Source: Candidatus Komeilibacteria bacterium (GTDB lineage: Bacteria > Patescibacteriota > Patescibacteriia > UBA1558). Taken from it: DNA of 64,000 bases. Positions 9,945-19,274 of this stretch are shown here, piece after piece. The position numbers and the translations under genes were made by a program. The notes under the pieces are model-generated. The model had not been told where the DNA came from. It did no database searches and saw only the letters and a list, made by a program, of their open reading frames with translations. The stretch is taken from contig JBLYPW010000002.1 of NCBI GenBank assembly GCA_048538275.1, forward strand, positions 103,927 to 167,926, read 5' to 3'. Positions within the stretch are counted from its first letter, which is position 1. Every line of letters begins with the position of its first letter.

Positions 9945-11369
9945 ATGAACAGAATCAAAACAATTGAAACAGTTGAGCAGGAGGGCAAAGAAGTTTTGCT
10001 TAAAGGTTGGGTCAATGCCCGCCGTAATATGGGCAAGATTGTGTTTTTAGATTTGCGCGATCGTTGGGGAATGGTTCAGGTAGTTGGTGTTTCAGCTGAG
10101 CTAGATGAGCAATCGCAGGAAGAATTAAATCGCCTACGCCCAGAATTTGTAGTGACTATCAAAGGCATTGTTAATAAACGAGGCGCCAAGCAAATTAATA
10201 AAGATGTGGCAACTGGCAGTATTGAAATTTTAGCTAAGGAGATAAAAATTATTAATGAATCAGCCACCCCACCTTTTGAAATAGATAATGAAGAGCGTCA
10301 GGCCGGTGAAGAATTGCGTTTGCAGTATCGCTATTTGGATTTGCGCCATGAACGTATGAAGCAAAATATGATTTTGCGTGATAAAGTTATGCTATTTGTG
10401 CGTCAGTGGCTTCACAATAATGATTTTATTGAAGTTCAAACTCCTATTTTAACCAAGTCCACACCAGAGGGAGCGCGTGATTATTTGGTCCCGTCCCGCG
10501 TGCATCACGGTAAGTTTTTTGCCTTACCCCAATCGCCCCAACAGTACAAGCAGCTATTGATGGTGGCTGGCATGGATAGGTATTTTCAGATAGCGCCTTG
10601 TTTCCGGGATGAAGACGCCCGCGCTGATCGCAGCCCCGGTGAGTTTTATCAGATTGATATGGAGATGAGTTTTATGACGCAAGCGGAAATTTTGGATTTG
10701 ACAGAAAGAATGTTCAAAGATTTGATCAAGACCCACTTTCCTGAAAAAAAAATAACCTTTGATCCCTTTCCCAGACTGGATTATCAGGAGGTAGTGGATA
10801 AGTATGGTACGGATAAGCCTGATTTACGCAAGGATAAGAACGATCCGGATGAATTAGCCTTTGCTTTTGTAGTGAATTTTCCCTTATTTGTACAGCAAAG
10901 TGAAGAAGATCATTTTTATGGCGCTGGTGATAAATGGGCACCGTCTCATCATATGTTTACCGCCCCCAAAGAAGAGGATATTCCATTATTGGATAGCGAA
11001 CCAGGAAAAGCCCGTTCTTATCAGCACGATTTAGTATTGAATGGCTGGGAAGTGGGCGGCGGTAGTGTCAGAATTCACGATCCTAAGATACAAGAGAAAA
11101 TATTTGATTTAATTGGTTTTAGTGAAAAGCAGAAGCAGCAATTTGCTCACTTATTGGAAGCTTTCAAATATGGCGTGCCGCCACATGGTGGCATTGCGCC
11201 TGGTTTGGATCGCTTGGTTTCTATTTTAGCTAAGGAAAAAAGTATCAAAGAGGTGATAGCTTTTCCTTTGACAGGCGATGTACGCGATCCCTTGATGGAC
11301 GCCCCTTCAGAAGTTGCTCCAGAACAGCTGGATGATTTGGGAATTAGTTTAAAGAAAAGCAAAAAATAA
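9945..11369 (+). CDS. aspS: Aspartate--tRNA ligase (short, GAD-less form)
   Basis: STPEGARDYLVP, LPQSPQQYKQ, CFRDED and PPHGGIAPGLDR. Confidence 0.96.
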   Translation: MNRIKTIETVEQEGKEVLLKGWVNARRNMGKIVFLDLRDRWGMVQVVGVSAELDEQSQEELNRLRPEFVVTIKGIVNKRGAKQINKDVATGSIEILAKEIKIINESATPPFEIDNEERQAGEELRLQYRYLDLRHERMKQNMILRDKVMLFVRQWLHNNDFIEVQTPILTKSTPEGARDYLVPSRVHHGKFFALPQSPQQYKQLLMVAGMDRYFQIAPCFRDEDARADRSPGEFYQIDMEMSFMTQAEILDLTERMFKDLIKTHFPEKKITFDPFPRLDYQEVVDKYGTDKPDLRKDKNDPDELAFAFVVNFPLFVQQSEEDHFYGAGDKWAPSHHMFTAPKEEDIPLLDSEPGKARSYQHDLVLNGWEVGGGSVRIHDPKIQEKIFDLIGFSEKQKQQFAHLLEAFKYGVPPHGGIAPGLDRLVSILAKEKSIKEVIAFPLTGDVRDPLMDAPSEVAPEQLDDLGISLKKSKK

Positions 11370-11399
11370 AAGTAGGGTTAATTATTGACTGGTGTTATC

Positions 11400-11729
11400 A
11401 TGGTTTTGTCCAATTTGCAGAAATATATTTTACGCCAAGTCGCCAGTGCTAGCGGTAAAAATGTAAAGCGCAGTATCTTTGATAAATTTTATGATAAGCA
11501 AAAAAAGGCACCTAGTAAATTGGCACGTACTAAGATAATTACCCAGAGTTTAGAGCGTTTGATTGACCGTGGACTTTTGGTGGGTAGTGGTAAACGAACT
11601 CGTTATAAATGGTTTATTACCGAGGTGCGTTTGACGCCATTGGGTAGAAAGGAGACACAAAGATTGTGGGGACAACAAGATGAATTGCCATTTGTCAAGA
11701 GATATAAAAAAGTAAAAATTAAAATATAA
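11400..11729 (+). CDS. Small basic hypothetical protein, winged-helix-like
   Basis: SLERLIDRGLL...VRLTPLG pattern. Confidence 0.6.
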   Translation: MVLSNLQKYILRQVASASGKNVKRSIFDKFYDKQKKAPSKLARTKIITQSLERLIDRGLLVGSGKRTRYKWFITEVRLTPLGRKETQRLWGQQDELPFVKRYKKVKIKI

Positions 11730-11807
11730 ATATTAGATCTTGGTTTGTAAAATCTTCGCCAGCGGCGGAAAGACGTATATATTTTAGTATTATTATAATT
11801 TTAGTAT

Positions 11808-12359
11808 ATGGCCATAGCAAAGAAACTTGTCAAAAAATTAGACGAAGCGCAAGTCAAATATAATATAATTACTCATCGTAAAGTTTTTACGGCCTATGAC
11901 GCTGCACAAACTACCAAGCGCAAACTAGAGCAGATTGTAAAAACCTTGGTAGTGAAAGCGGGTAGTGATCTGTATTTAGTTCATCTGCCCGCTAGTAAGA
12001 ATTTGAATTTGGCTAAGTTGGCTAAGTTATTGGGAGTGAAAAAAGTGACCATTCCTTCAGAAAAGAAAATTGTAGCGGCTTTGAAAATAAAGCCAGGCCA
12101 GCTAACGGCTTTTGCCTTTATGCATAAGCTATCTACCGTGGTAGATAAGACTTTATTATCTCTGCCAAAGGCTATATTTTCCTCCGGCAGCTTAACTGAG
12201 AGTATTGAAATGTCGGTGAAAGAATTTGTTAAGCTAACTGACGATTATATTGATGGCGCGTTTACGGTAGCAAAAAAAATCAAAAAACAAAAAGCAATGC
12301 AGACCAAATCCACCAAACAGAAAACCAAACCGGTGTTTAAAAAAAGTAAAAGACTTTAA
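11808..12359 (+). CDS. YbaK/ProX family aminoacyl-tRNA editing protein
   Basis: HRKVFTA, IVKTLVVK and SSGSLTESI; Lys-rich tail. Confidence 0.85.
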   Translation: MAIAKKLVKKLDEAQVKYNIITHRKVFTAYDAAQTTKRKLEQIVKTLVVKAGSDLYLVHLPASKNLNLAKLAKLLGVKKVTIPSEKKIVAALKIKPGQLTAFAFMHKLSTVVDKTLLSLPKAIFSSGSLTESIEMSVKEFVKLTDDYIDGAFTVAKKIKKQKAMQTKSTKQKTKPVFKKSKRL

Positions 12360-13060
12360 TGTATAAAATTAAGTTAGATAAATTTGAAGGGCCGTTAGAT
12401 TTGTTATTGCAATTGATTGAGCAGCAAGAATTATCTATTACTGAAGTTTCTTTAGCACAGGTAGCGGATCAGTATATTGAATATATTCATTCAGCAACAG
12501 TTATTAATCCAGAAGAGATAGCTGATTTTTTGTTGGTAGCTGCCAAGTTATTATATTTGAAATCACGAGAGATTTTGCCAGATATGCTTTGGGAGGAGGA
12601 AGAAGAAGTTGATCTGGAAAGGCAGCTGAAAATTTATAAAGAATATTATGAAGCCAGTAAGAAACTGGACAAATTAGCGCGCCAAGAAAATTTTTCTTAT
12701 TCGCGCCTTGCTCCATTGCGTCACGCCAAAGAAGGATCAAGTGTTGCCATGCCCACTGGTCTGACAGGAGAAAAAATGAGTGAATTATTTAAAAATGCCT
12801 TAACTCGCTTGGAGCCGATTATAAAAATACCACGGAGTATAATTGAAAAAACCATTACTATTACAGAAAAGATCAAAGAAATTCGTGAAGCTCTACACAA
12901 TGCCGTTACTTTTGATTTTCGCAAATTGGTGAAAAAAGGAGGTCGTAGCGACGTTATTATTAGTTTTTTAGCCATGTTAGAGCTTGTCAAACAGTCCGAT
13001 ATTGACGTCGGGCAAGATGGCTTATTTGATGAAATTGTTATTAAAAGATTAGAATCATAA
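12359..13060 (+). CDS. scpA: Segregation/condensation protein A
   Basis: FEGPLDLLLQLI and FLAMLEL. Confidence 0.96.
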   Translation: MYKIKLDKFEGPLDLLLQLIEQQELSITEVSLAQVADQYIEYIHSATVINPEEIADFLLVAAKLLYLKSREILPDMLWEEEEEVDLERQLKIYKEYYEASKKLDKLARQENFSYSRLAPLRHAKEGSSVAMPTGLTGEKMSELFKNALTRLEPIIKIPRSIIEKTITITEKIKEIREALHNAVTFDFRKLVKKGGRSDVIISFLAMLELVKQSDIDVGQDGLFDEIVIKRLES

Positions 13061-13063
13061 ATT

Positions 13064-13792
13064 ATGTCTTTATCCTTAAGCGCCCAAATAGAAAGTTTGT
13101 TATTAGTAGCGACTAAGCCTTTGAAGTTGACTACTTTAAAGAAAATCTTAACTACAGCTAAAGCAGAAGAAATCCAACAAGCATTGGCTGATTTACAGTA
13201 CAAGTATAATCAAACTGATAGTGGTTTTCGTTTATTGTCAAATCAGGATGCTTGGCAATTGAGCACGGCGCCAGAAGCGGCTGAGCTAGTAAAGGATTTT
13301 GTAAAAGATGAAACTACTGGTGAGCTAACTAAACCATCTTTGGAGACACTGACTATTATTGCTTATCGTCAGCCTATAACCAAGGCAGAGTTGGAGCAAA
13401 TAAGAGGTGTAAATTGTAGTATGATTTTGCGCAATTTGCAGATTCGCGGTTTAGTTGCCAGTCGTGAAAATAAGCAGAGGATGGTAACAGAATATTTAGT
13501 CACTATGGATTTCTTAAAATTTATGGGTATTAATAATGTTAAAGAGTTGCCTGATTTTGATAAATTAAATAATGATACGAATTTGCGCAAGTTGTTGGGC
13601 GAGGATATTGTGGAAGATCCAGAACAAAATAACGGCGATAATGCTACAGATGATTCATCAGGTGAAGACAATGAAGATGATAGTGGCGGGGCGGATTTGC
13701 CTGGCAATGATGAGGTTGATGATACTATAGATAAAGCCAACGAATCATCTAGTGGTGGTAGCGTTTCTTTGCCAGTTAATATTTATTCGTAA
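13064..13792 (+). CDS. scpB: Segregation/condensation protein B
   Basis: LETLTIIAYRQPITKAELEQIRGVN; acidic C-terminal tail. Confidence 0.96.
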   Translation: MSLSLSAQIESLLLVATKPLKLTTLKKILTTAKAEEIQQALADLQYKYNQTDSGFRLLSNQDAWQLSTAPEAAELVKDFVKDETTGELTKPSLETLTIIAYRQPITKAELEQIRGVNCSMILRNLQIRGLVASRENKQRMVTEYLVTMDFLKFMGINNVKELPDFDKLNNDTNLRKLLGEDIVEDPEQNNGDNATDDSSGEDNEDDSGGADLPGNDEVDDTIDKANESSSGGSVSLPVNIYS

Positions 13793-13793
13793 A

Positions 13794-14474
13794 ATGAGAT
13801 TGCATAAATTTCTCGCTAAGAGTGGCGTTGCTTCTCGTCGGGCCAGCGAAGAATTGATAGCCAGTGGGCGAGTCAGTGTCAATGATAAAGTGATAATGGA
13901 GATGGGCGTTGTCATTGATCCTGATCACGATATTATAAAATTGGACAATCAAGTTGTTGAGCTGCCAAATGAGCAGCTTTATATAATGATGAATAAACCA
14001 GTCGGTTATTTGACTACTAAGCAAGATCCACAAGGTAGGCCCACTATTTATGATATTATTCCTGTCTCATACCAACATTTATTTCCGGTTGGTCGTTTGG
14101 ATAAAGATAGTGAGGGACTGTTATTACTTACCAATGATGGACAATTAGCTGAATACTTAGCTCATCCTCGTTATCAGCATAGCAAAGAGTATCGTGTTAA
14201 CGTGGATAAGGATTTGAATCATAACATTGTCAGGCAGCTAAAAGCTGGCATTATACTCGATGAAGGTTTGGCCAGAGCTGATGAAGTTAAGATAATCAAT
14301 AATAAAGTACTGGATATTGTTTTACATCAAGGATGGAAACGGCAAATAAGACGTATGTTGCAGGCCTTGGGTTATGAAGTGGTAAAATTACAGAGACGTC
14401 GCTTGGGCAAATATAATATTGTGAATATGGGAAATAAGGATTTTATTATAGTTAGTAAAACAGAGATTATATAA
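13794..14474 (+). CDS. rluB: rRNA pseudouridine synthase (RsuA/RluB family)
   Basis: S4 domain RLHKFLAKSGVASRR; VGRLDKDSEGLLLLTNDG. Confidence 0.9.
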   Translation: MRLHKFLAKSGVASRRASEELIASGRVSVNDKVIMEMGVVIDPDHDIIKLDNQVVELPNEQLYIMMNKPVGYLTTKQDPQGRPTIYDIIPVSYQHLFPVGRLDKDSEGLLLLTNDGQLAEYLAHPRYQHSKEYRVNVDKDLNHNIVRQLKAGIILDEGLARADEVKIINNKVLDIVLHQGWKRQIRRMLQALGYEVVKLQRRRLGKYNIVNMGNKDFIIVSKTEII

Positions 14475-14475
14475 T

Positions 14476-15399
14476 ATGTTTTGGCATTTTGTTTTAAATT
14501 TAGCTTTATTATGGCAAGTCGCCACTGTGCCGACGGTACTTCCTTGGCATGGACCTGTTTTACAACCAGAGGGGAATATTGTGAGCTGGCCAGAGCAAAG
14601 AGTGGCTGGTCATGAGGCTCCTTATAAATTAGATAATGATTCTTTAGGAGTAGATATAAAGGCTGATTCGGCGGCGGTTATGGATTGGGATAGCGGGGTT
14701 TTATTGTGGCAAAAACAAATACAGGTTATTCGTCCTATTGCCAGTTTAACTAAGCTGATGACAGCTTTGGTATGGTTGGATCAACAGACAGATCCGGAAA
14801 AAGTCATGCGTATTAGTACCGATGATTATCGGACGGGTGGTCGTTATTATATTTTTACCGGCGAGGAAATCAAAACACGAGATTTATTTTATGCGACTTT
14901 AGTAGCTTCTGATAATACGGCGGCGATTACTTTAGCTCGTTCTACCGGTTTGGATATGGAACAATTTGTGGCCGCTATGAATACTAAAGCTAAAGCAATA
15001 GGCATGCATGACACTCACTTTGTTGAACCTACCGGCTTGGATAATAACAATGTTTCTACGGCAGCAGACATGCTTAAATTAGCTCGTCAAGCATTTGCTG
15101 ATCCTGACATAGTAAATGCCAGCAGTCGGTCTGATTATTCTTATACTATTCAGAATACCAGCAGAAAAGTTTATGTGATCAGTACGGATAATTTATTGGA
15201 TAGCTACCTTGATATCATAGCGGGTAAAACAGGTTATTTAGATGAGGCGGGTGGTTGTTTGGTTACAGTTGCAAAAAACGAAGGTGGGCACAAGATTATT
15301 GCTATCGCATTGGGTTCGTCTGATCAGTATAGTCGTTTTTCTGATATTAAGGCTATGTTGCAATGGACTTGGGATAATTATGCGTGGCCGATAAATTAA
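14476..15399 (+). CDS. Peptidase S11 D-Ala-D-Ala carboxy/endopeptidase
   Basis: ASLTK (SxxK), SDN and KTG motifs. Confidence 0.92.
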   Translation: MFWHFVLNLALLWQVATVPTVLPWHGPVLQPEGNIVSWPEQRVAGHEAPYKLDNDSLGVDIKADSAAVMDWDSGVLLWQKQIQVIRPIASLTKLMTALVWLDQQTDPEKVMRISTDDYRTGGRYYIFTGEEIKTRDLFYATLVASDNTAAITLARSTGLDMEQFVAAMNTKAKAIGMHDTHFVEPTGLDNNNVSTAADMLKLARQAFADPDIVNASSRSDYSYTIQNTSRKVYVISTDNLLDSYLDIIAGKTGYLDEAGGCLVTVAKNEGGHKIIAIALGSSDQYSRFSDIKAMLQWTWDNYAWPIN

Positions 15400-15404
15400 A
15401 ATTT

Positions 15405-15881
15405 ATGTATCAAATATTAAAACCTTATTTGTGGGCCGCTTTTCTATCCACCCTGCCGGTTACAGAGTTACGCGGCGCGATACCATGGGTCTTGAGTCTT
15501 TATGAGGCCCAACCTTGGTTAGTAATGATAGCGGCTTGTATAGGGAATATTATTCCCGCTATTATATTACTATGGGGTTTGGATCTAATTGCGGGTATTG
15601 ACGATCAGGAGAGCCGTAATCCTGTCCGCCGATCAATTAATTGGGTATTGGATCGGACACGGCGTCGAACAGAGAAAAAAGTTTTACAATACGGCTATTT
15701 GGCGTTATTATTGTTTGTAGCTATTCCTTTGCCAGGGACCGGGGCTTGGACCGGAGCAATGGCGGCTTGGTTGTTTGGATTACGTAAAAAGCCAGCTTTA
15801 TTAATTATTAGTTTAGGTGTTATTTTAGCTGGTATTATTGTTACTTTAATTACTACTGGTGTTATTAATATTTTAGTTTGA
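15405..15881 (+). CDS. Small multidrug export family protein (COG2426)
   Basis: PVTELRGAIP and VAIPLPGTGAWTG. Confidence 0.9.
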   Translation: MYQILKPYLWAAFLSTLPVTELRGAIPWVLSLYEAQPWLVMIAACIGNIIPAIILLWGLDLIAGIDDQESRNPVRRSINWVLDRTRRRTEKKVLQYGYLALLLFVAIPLPGTGAWTGAMAAWLFGLRKKPALLIISLGVILAGIIVTLITTGVINILV

Positions 15882-16639
15882 TGAAAAAGAAATATATTAT
15901 AGCGAATTGGAAGATGGAGCTGACGCCCCAGCAAGCGCAACAGTTAGCGCAAGATTTTGCGCAAGTGACTAAAAAAAATACTTGGGCGGAAGATCGTCAG
16001 GTGATTATATGCCCCAGCTTTACTGATATTATCCCAATCGTTGCCTTATTATCACATAGTCAAATTGAGATTGGAGCACAAGATGTTTTTTGGTCAGATT
16101 ATGGCGCCTATACCGGCAGTATTAGTGCTAGCAGTTTGCGTCACTTGGGATGTACATATGTTATTGTAGGACATTCGGAAAGAAGAAAGTACCAACATGA
16201 AACTGATAGAGAAATAGGGCAAAAGATAGCAGCGGTTTTGCAAGCTGGCTTGGTGCCTATTTTATGTATAGGTGAAACTTTTGCAGAAAAACAGGGCGGG
16301 GGAAAAGAAGCTGCCCTGATGAAACAACTAACAGAAGCTTTATCCGATATTCATTTAACAGATAAAGATAATATATTGGTCGCTTATGAGCCGGTTTGGG
16401 TGATAGGATCTGGTCAAGCTGTAAATCCTCAGGATGCGAATCAAACCCATCAGTTAATTCGCCGTACTTTAGGTGAATTTTGGCCCACCAGCATAGTCAA
16501 TAAAATAGGTATTATATATGGTGGCAGTGTTAATCATTTAAATATAAAAGATTTTATGTACCAGCCCAATATAGATGGAGTATTGGTAGGTGGCGCCAGT
16601 TTGTCAGTAGATAAATTTTGGCCTATTATAAATTATTAA
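15881..16639 (+). CDS. tpiA: Triosephosphate isomerase
   Basis: ANWKM, GHSERR, AYEPVW, YGGSV and LVGGASL. Confidence 0.97.
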   Translation: MKKKYIIANWKMELTPQQAQQLAQDFAQVTKKNTWAEDRQVIICPSFTDIIPIVALLSHSQIEIGAQDVFWSDYGAYTGSISASSLRHLGCTYVIVGHSERRKYQHETDREIGQKIAAVLQAGLVPILCIGETFAEKQGGGKEAALMKQLTEALSDIHLTDKDNILVAYEPVWVIGSGQAVNPQDANQTHQLIRRTLGEFWPTSIVNKIGIIYGGSVNHLNIKDFMYQPNIDGVLVGGASLSVDKFWPIINY

Positions 16640-16648
16640 AGAAATTTT

Positions 16649-17527
16649 ATGTTGTGTCATATCAAAGAAATTGTCAATCCGGCCAAGCAGAATCATTATG
16701 CTATTGGAGCATTTAATACTGCCAATTTGGAAATCACTTTGGCTATTGCCAGAGCGGCAGTAAACAGTCAGTCTCCGGTTATCATTCAGGTGAGCGAGAA
16801 AACTATCGCTTATGCCGGGTTAAAACCGATTACTCATATTGTAGAAACCGTAGCTAAGAATGAGGCTAATCACGTGCCGGTGGCTTTGCATCTTGATCAC
16901 GGTCATTCTTTTAAGTCTGTGGCAGAATGTATCAATGCGGGTTTTTCATCCATACATATTGACGGATCGGAGTTAGCTTTTGATGAAAATATAGCCATTA
17001 CTAAAGAGGCGGTTGCTTATGCTCATAAAAAAGGAGTTTGGGCTCAGGGAGAGCTGGGACGTATTTTAGGTAAGGAAGGTATGAAAAACTTCAAAGGTAG
17101 TTTTGATGAAATGGTTGATTACTTAACGGATCCTGAGGAAGCTATAGAATTTGTGGAAAAAACCGGTGTGGATACTTTAGCGGTGTCAGTGGGTACTTTT
17201 CATGGTAATTTTGTAGGTAAGGAAAAAATATATTTTGAGGTATTGGATAAGATAAGTAAGGCGATTGATGTGCCGTTAGTATTGCACGGCGCTTCGGGAA
17301 TTCCGGACGATGAATTGCAAAAAGCAGTAGAACATGGTATTAGTATTGTAAACATAGATACTGAGCTAAGAATAGCCTTTACAGAGCAATTGAAAAAAAC
17401 CATGCAACAGGCTTCTGATGATATGGTTGATCCACGTACAGTTTTAAGTCCTAGTATAACGGCAGTTAGCGAAGTAGTAGAACGAAAGTTGAAATATTTA
17501 GGTAGTTTTAATAAGTGTTTAAGTTAA
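16649..17527 (+). CDS. fba: Class II fructose-bisphosphate aldolase
   Basis: ALHLDHG, GTFHG, LVLHGASG and NIDTE. Confidence 0.95.
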   Translation: MLCHIKEIVNPAKQNHYAIGAFNTANLEITLAIARAAVNSQSPVIIQVSEKTIAYAGLKPITHIVETVAKNEANHVPVALHLDHGHSFKSVAECINAGFSSIHIDGSELAFDENIAITKEAVAYAHKKGVWAQGELGRILGKEGMKNFKGSFDEMVDYLTDPEEAIEFVEKTGVDTLAVSVGTFHGNFVGKEKIYFEVLDKISKAIDVPLVLHGASGIPDDELQKAVEHGISIVNIDTELRIAFTEQLKKTMQQASDDMVDPRTVLSPSITAVSEVVERKLKYLGSFNKCLS

Positions 17528-17546
17528 ATTAAATAGTTTTTGATTT

Positions 17547-18425
17547 ATGTCTTTTTTTATTTTTTTATTAATAGTTGGGCTATTGATATTAGCTTGGTTG
17601 GTAGTAAGGAAGCTACCGCAGTTGAATATGATACAGCCTCACTCTACGCCGCGCGCTAAACAAGAAAAGCGTAAAAAACAAATGTATGAAGATAGATTAA
17701 AACGCCAATTAAGCCAAGTCAGTAGAGGAGCTAGTAAATGGATACAACCTTTATTAGAGGCTACGCAGAAATTATTTAAGGTTTCTTATCAGAAATTACG
17801 TAGCAAGGAGGAAGAATATAGGCATAAATTATTGCATCAAGATTTTCAAGATAGTGTAGATAAGGAACAAAAGATTGCAGCTCTTTTAACTGATGCGCAG
17901 GAAAGTTTTGCAGATAAAAATTGGAATGAAGCGGAAAGTAGATTGATAGATATTCTAAAAATGGACCCTCATAATATTGATGCTTATAATAAATTGGGCA
18001 GACTTTACTGGGAAAAGAAAGATTATGATCATGCAATAGAAATTTATGAATATTTAGCCAAATTGTCAGCTCACCCTGATGTTTATAATAATTTAGCAGC
18101 TATAGCCGAGGAAAGAGGTAATCTCGGTGAAGCTGAAAAAAACTATTTATCAGCTTTGCAATTAAATAATCAAGCCAGCGAATCTCATTATCATTTAGCG
18201 GAGCTATATGGTCAGCAGGATGATTGGGATAAAGCTCAGTTAGAGGCTAAGGCGGCGGCGAAATATAGAGCTAATAACCCTAAATATCTTGACTTTTTAT
18301 TGCGAGCGAGTATAATAGTTCAAGATAAAAAAACCGCTTTAGATACTTTGCAAAAGATGCAAGAGGTGAATCCGGAGAATAAAAAACTAGCGGTTTATCA
18401 AGAGCAAATAGATCAATTATCATAA
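17547..18425 (+). CDS. Membrane-anchored TPR protein
   Basis: N-terminal TM, coiled coil and TPR-like repeats (AYNKLGRLY, YNNLA). Confidence 0.8.
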   Translation: MSFFIFLLIVGLLILAWLVVRKLPQLNMIQPHSTPRAKQEKRKKQMYEDRLKRQLSQVSRGASKWIQPLLEATQKLFKVSYQKLRSKEEEYRHKLLHQDFQDSVDKEQKIAALLTDAQESFADKNWNEAESRLIDILKMDPHNIDAYNKLGRLYWEKKDYDHAIEIYEYLAKLSAHPDVYNNLAAIAEERGNLGEAEKNYLSALQLNNQASESHYHLAELYGQQDDWDKAQLEAKAAAKYRANNPKYLDFLLRASIIVQDKKTALDTLQKMQEVNPENKKLAVYQEQIDQLS

Positions 18426-18429
18426 ATAT

Positions 18430-18505
18430 GCCGTTGTAGCTCAGCTGGTAGAGCAACTCCATGGTAAGGAGTAGGTCCGCAGTTCAAGTCTGCGCAACGG
18501 CTCCA
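18430..18505 (+). tRNA. tRNA-Thr(GGT)
   Basis: Cloverleaf with GCCGTTG/CAACGGC acceptor stem, anticodon GGT and CCA end. Confidence 0.95.
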
Positions 18506-18536
18506 CTTTAAAGTCAGGCTTTATCGCCAGCTAGTA

Positions 18537-18724
18537 AATAGTGGCCTTGTAAAATCTACCAGGAGTGGCGCGCCTTGGATAGTAGTACATAGAGAGGAGT
18601 TTATTACTAGACAAGCTGCTTATAAAAGGGAACGTCAAATAAAATCGTATAAAGGTGGTACAGCATTTAAGAGATTGTTTAAAAATAAAATAGATTAAGT
18701 ACATGGGTCGGTACCGAAGCGGTC
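18537..18724 (+). repeat. Copy 1 of a 188-bp direct repeat (3' half of the GIY-YIG gene plus the start of tRNA-Tyr)
   Basis: Matches 18914-19101, with two substitutions seen (ggtggtac vs ggcggtgc). Confidence 0.92.
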
Positions 18725-18816
18725 CCCGCCACATTAGCGTTGCTAATGCACGGGGCGGGCAACCGGGCAGACTGCCACCGCCCTTGGCGGGGTGCCGCCA
18801 CAGGCGGCATAAATCT
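18705..18816 (+). pseudogene. Pseudo-tRNA-Tyr 5' half interrupted by two palindromic insertions
   Basis: gggtcggtaccgaagcggt[18724-18759]caaccgggcagactg[18775-18809]taaatct is collinear with the intact tRNA-Tyr. Confidence 0.8.
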
Positions 18817-18823
18817 ATTAATT

Positions 18824-19075
18824 ATGTATCTGGTTTATATATTACAAAGTAAGCTTTCTGGGCGTTATTACATTGGTCAGACAATTAATTTGGATAAGAG
18901 ATTAAAGAGACACAATAGTGGCCTTGTAAAATCTACCAGGAGTGGCGCGCCTTGGATAGTAGTACATAGAGAGGAGTTTATTACTAGACAAGCTGCTTAT
19001 AAAAGGGAACGTCAAATAAAATCGTATAAAGGCGGTGCAGCATTTAAGAGATTGTTTAAAAATAAAATAGATTAA
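18824..19075 (+). CDS. Small GIY-YIG nuclease family protein
   Basis: YLVYILQS...YYIGQT...RLKRHN...ERQIK; ATG at 18824. Confidence 0.93.
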   Translation: MYLVYILQSKLSGRYYIGQTINLDKRLKRHNSGLVKSTRSGAPWIVVHREEFITRQAAYKRERQIKSYKGGAAFKRLFKNKID

Positions 19076-19101
19076 GTACATGGGTCGGTACCGAAGCGGT
19101 C
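18914..19101 (+). repeat. Copy 2 of the 188-bp direct repeat
   Basis: Offset 377 bp from copy 1. Confidence 0.92.
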
Positions 19102-19167
19102 AACCGGGGCAGACTGTAAATCTGCTGGCTTTCGCCTTCGTAGGTTCGAATCCTACCCGGCCCACCA
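19082..19167 (+). tRNA. tRNA-Tyr(GTA)
   Basis: GGGTCGG/CCGGCCC acceptor stem, ctGTAaa anticodon loop, long variable arm and CCA end. Confidence 0.95.
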
Positions 19168-19213
19168 CGCCCGTGGAGTCAATTGATGAATTTACTCTAC
19201 GGGCGTGTTTTTT
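19166..19213. terminator. Rho-independent terminator
   Basis: cacgcccgtggagt...actctacgggcgtg followed by a T-run. Confidence 0.75.
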
Positions 19214-19274
19214 ATAGATTATAAATAAAGCCCACCCGGAAGTGGACTATAATTTTTCATTTTGTTGTAAACTT

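Noticed and set aside
18740-18823. N-terminal extension of the GIY-YIG ORF
   Set aside because: It is a translation of the palindromic pseudo-tRNA. The family-like sequence starts at ATG 18824.
18537-19101. Possible CRISPR array, or an intron-containing tRNA-Tyr
   Set aside because: There are only two long repeat copies and no spacers or cas genes. The downstream tRNA-Tyr is complete by itself, and I see no group I intron core.
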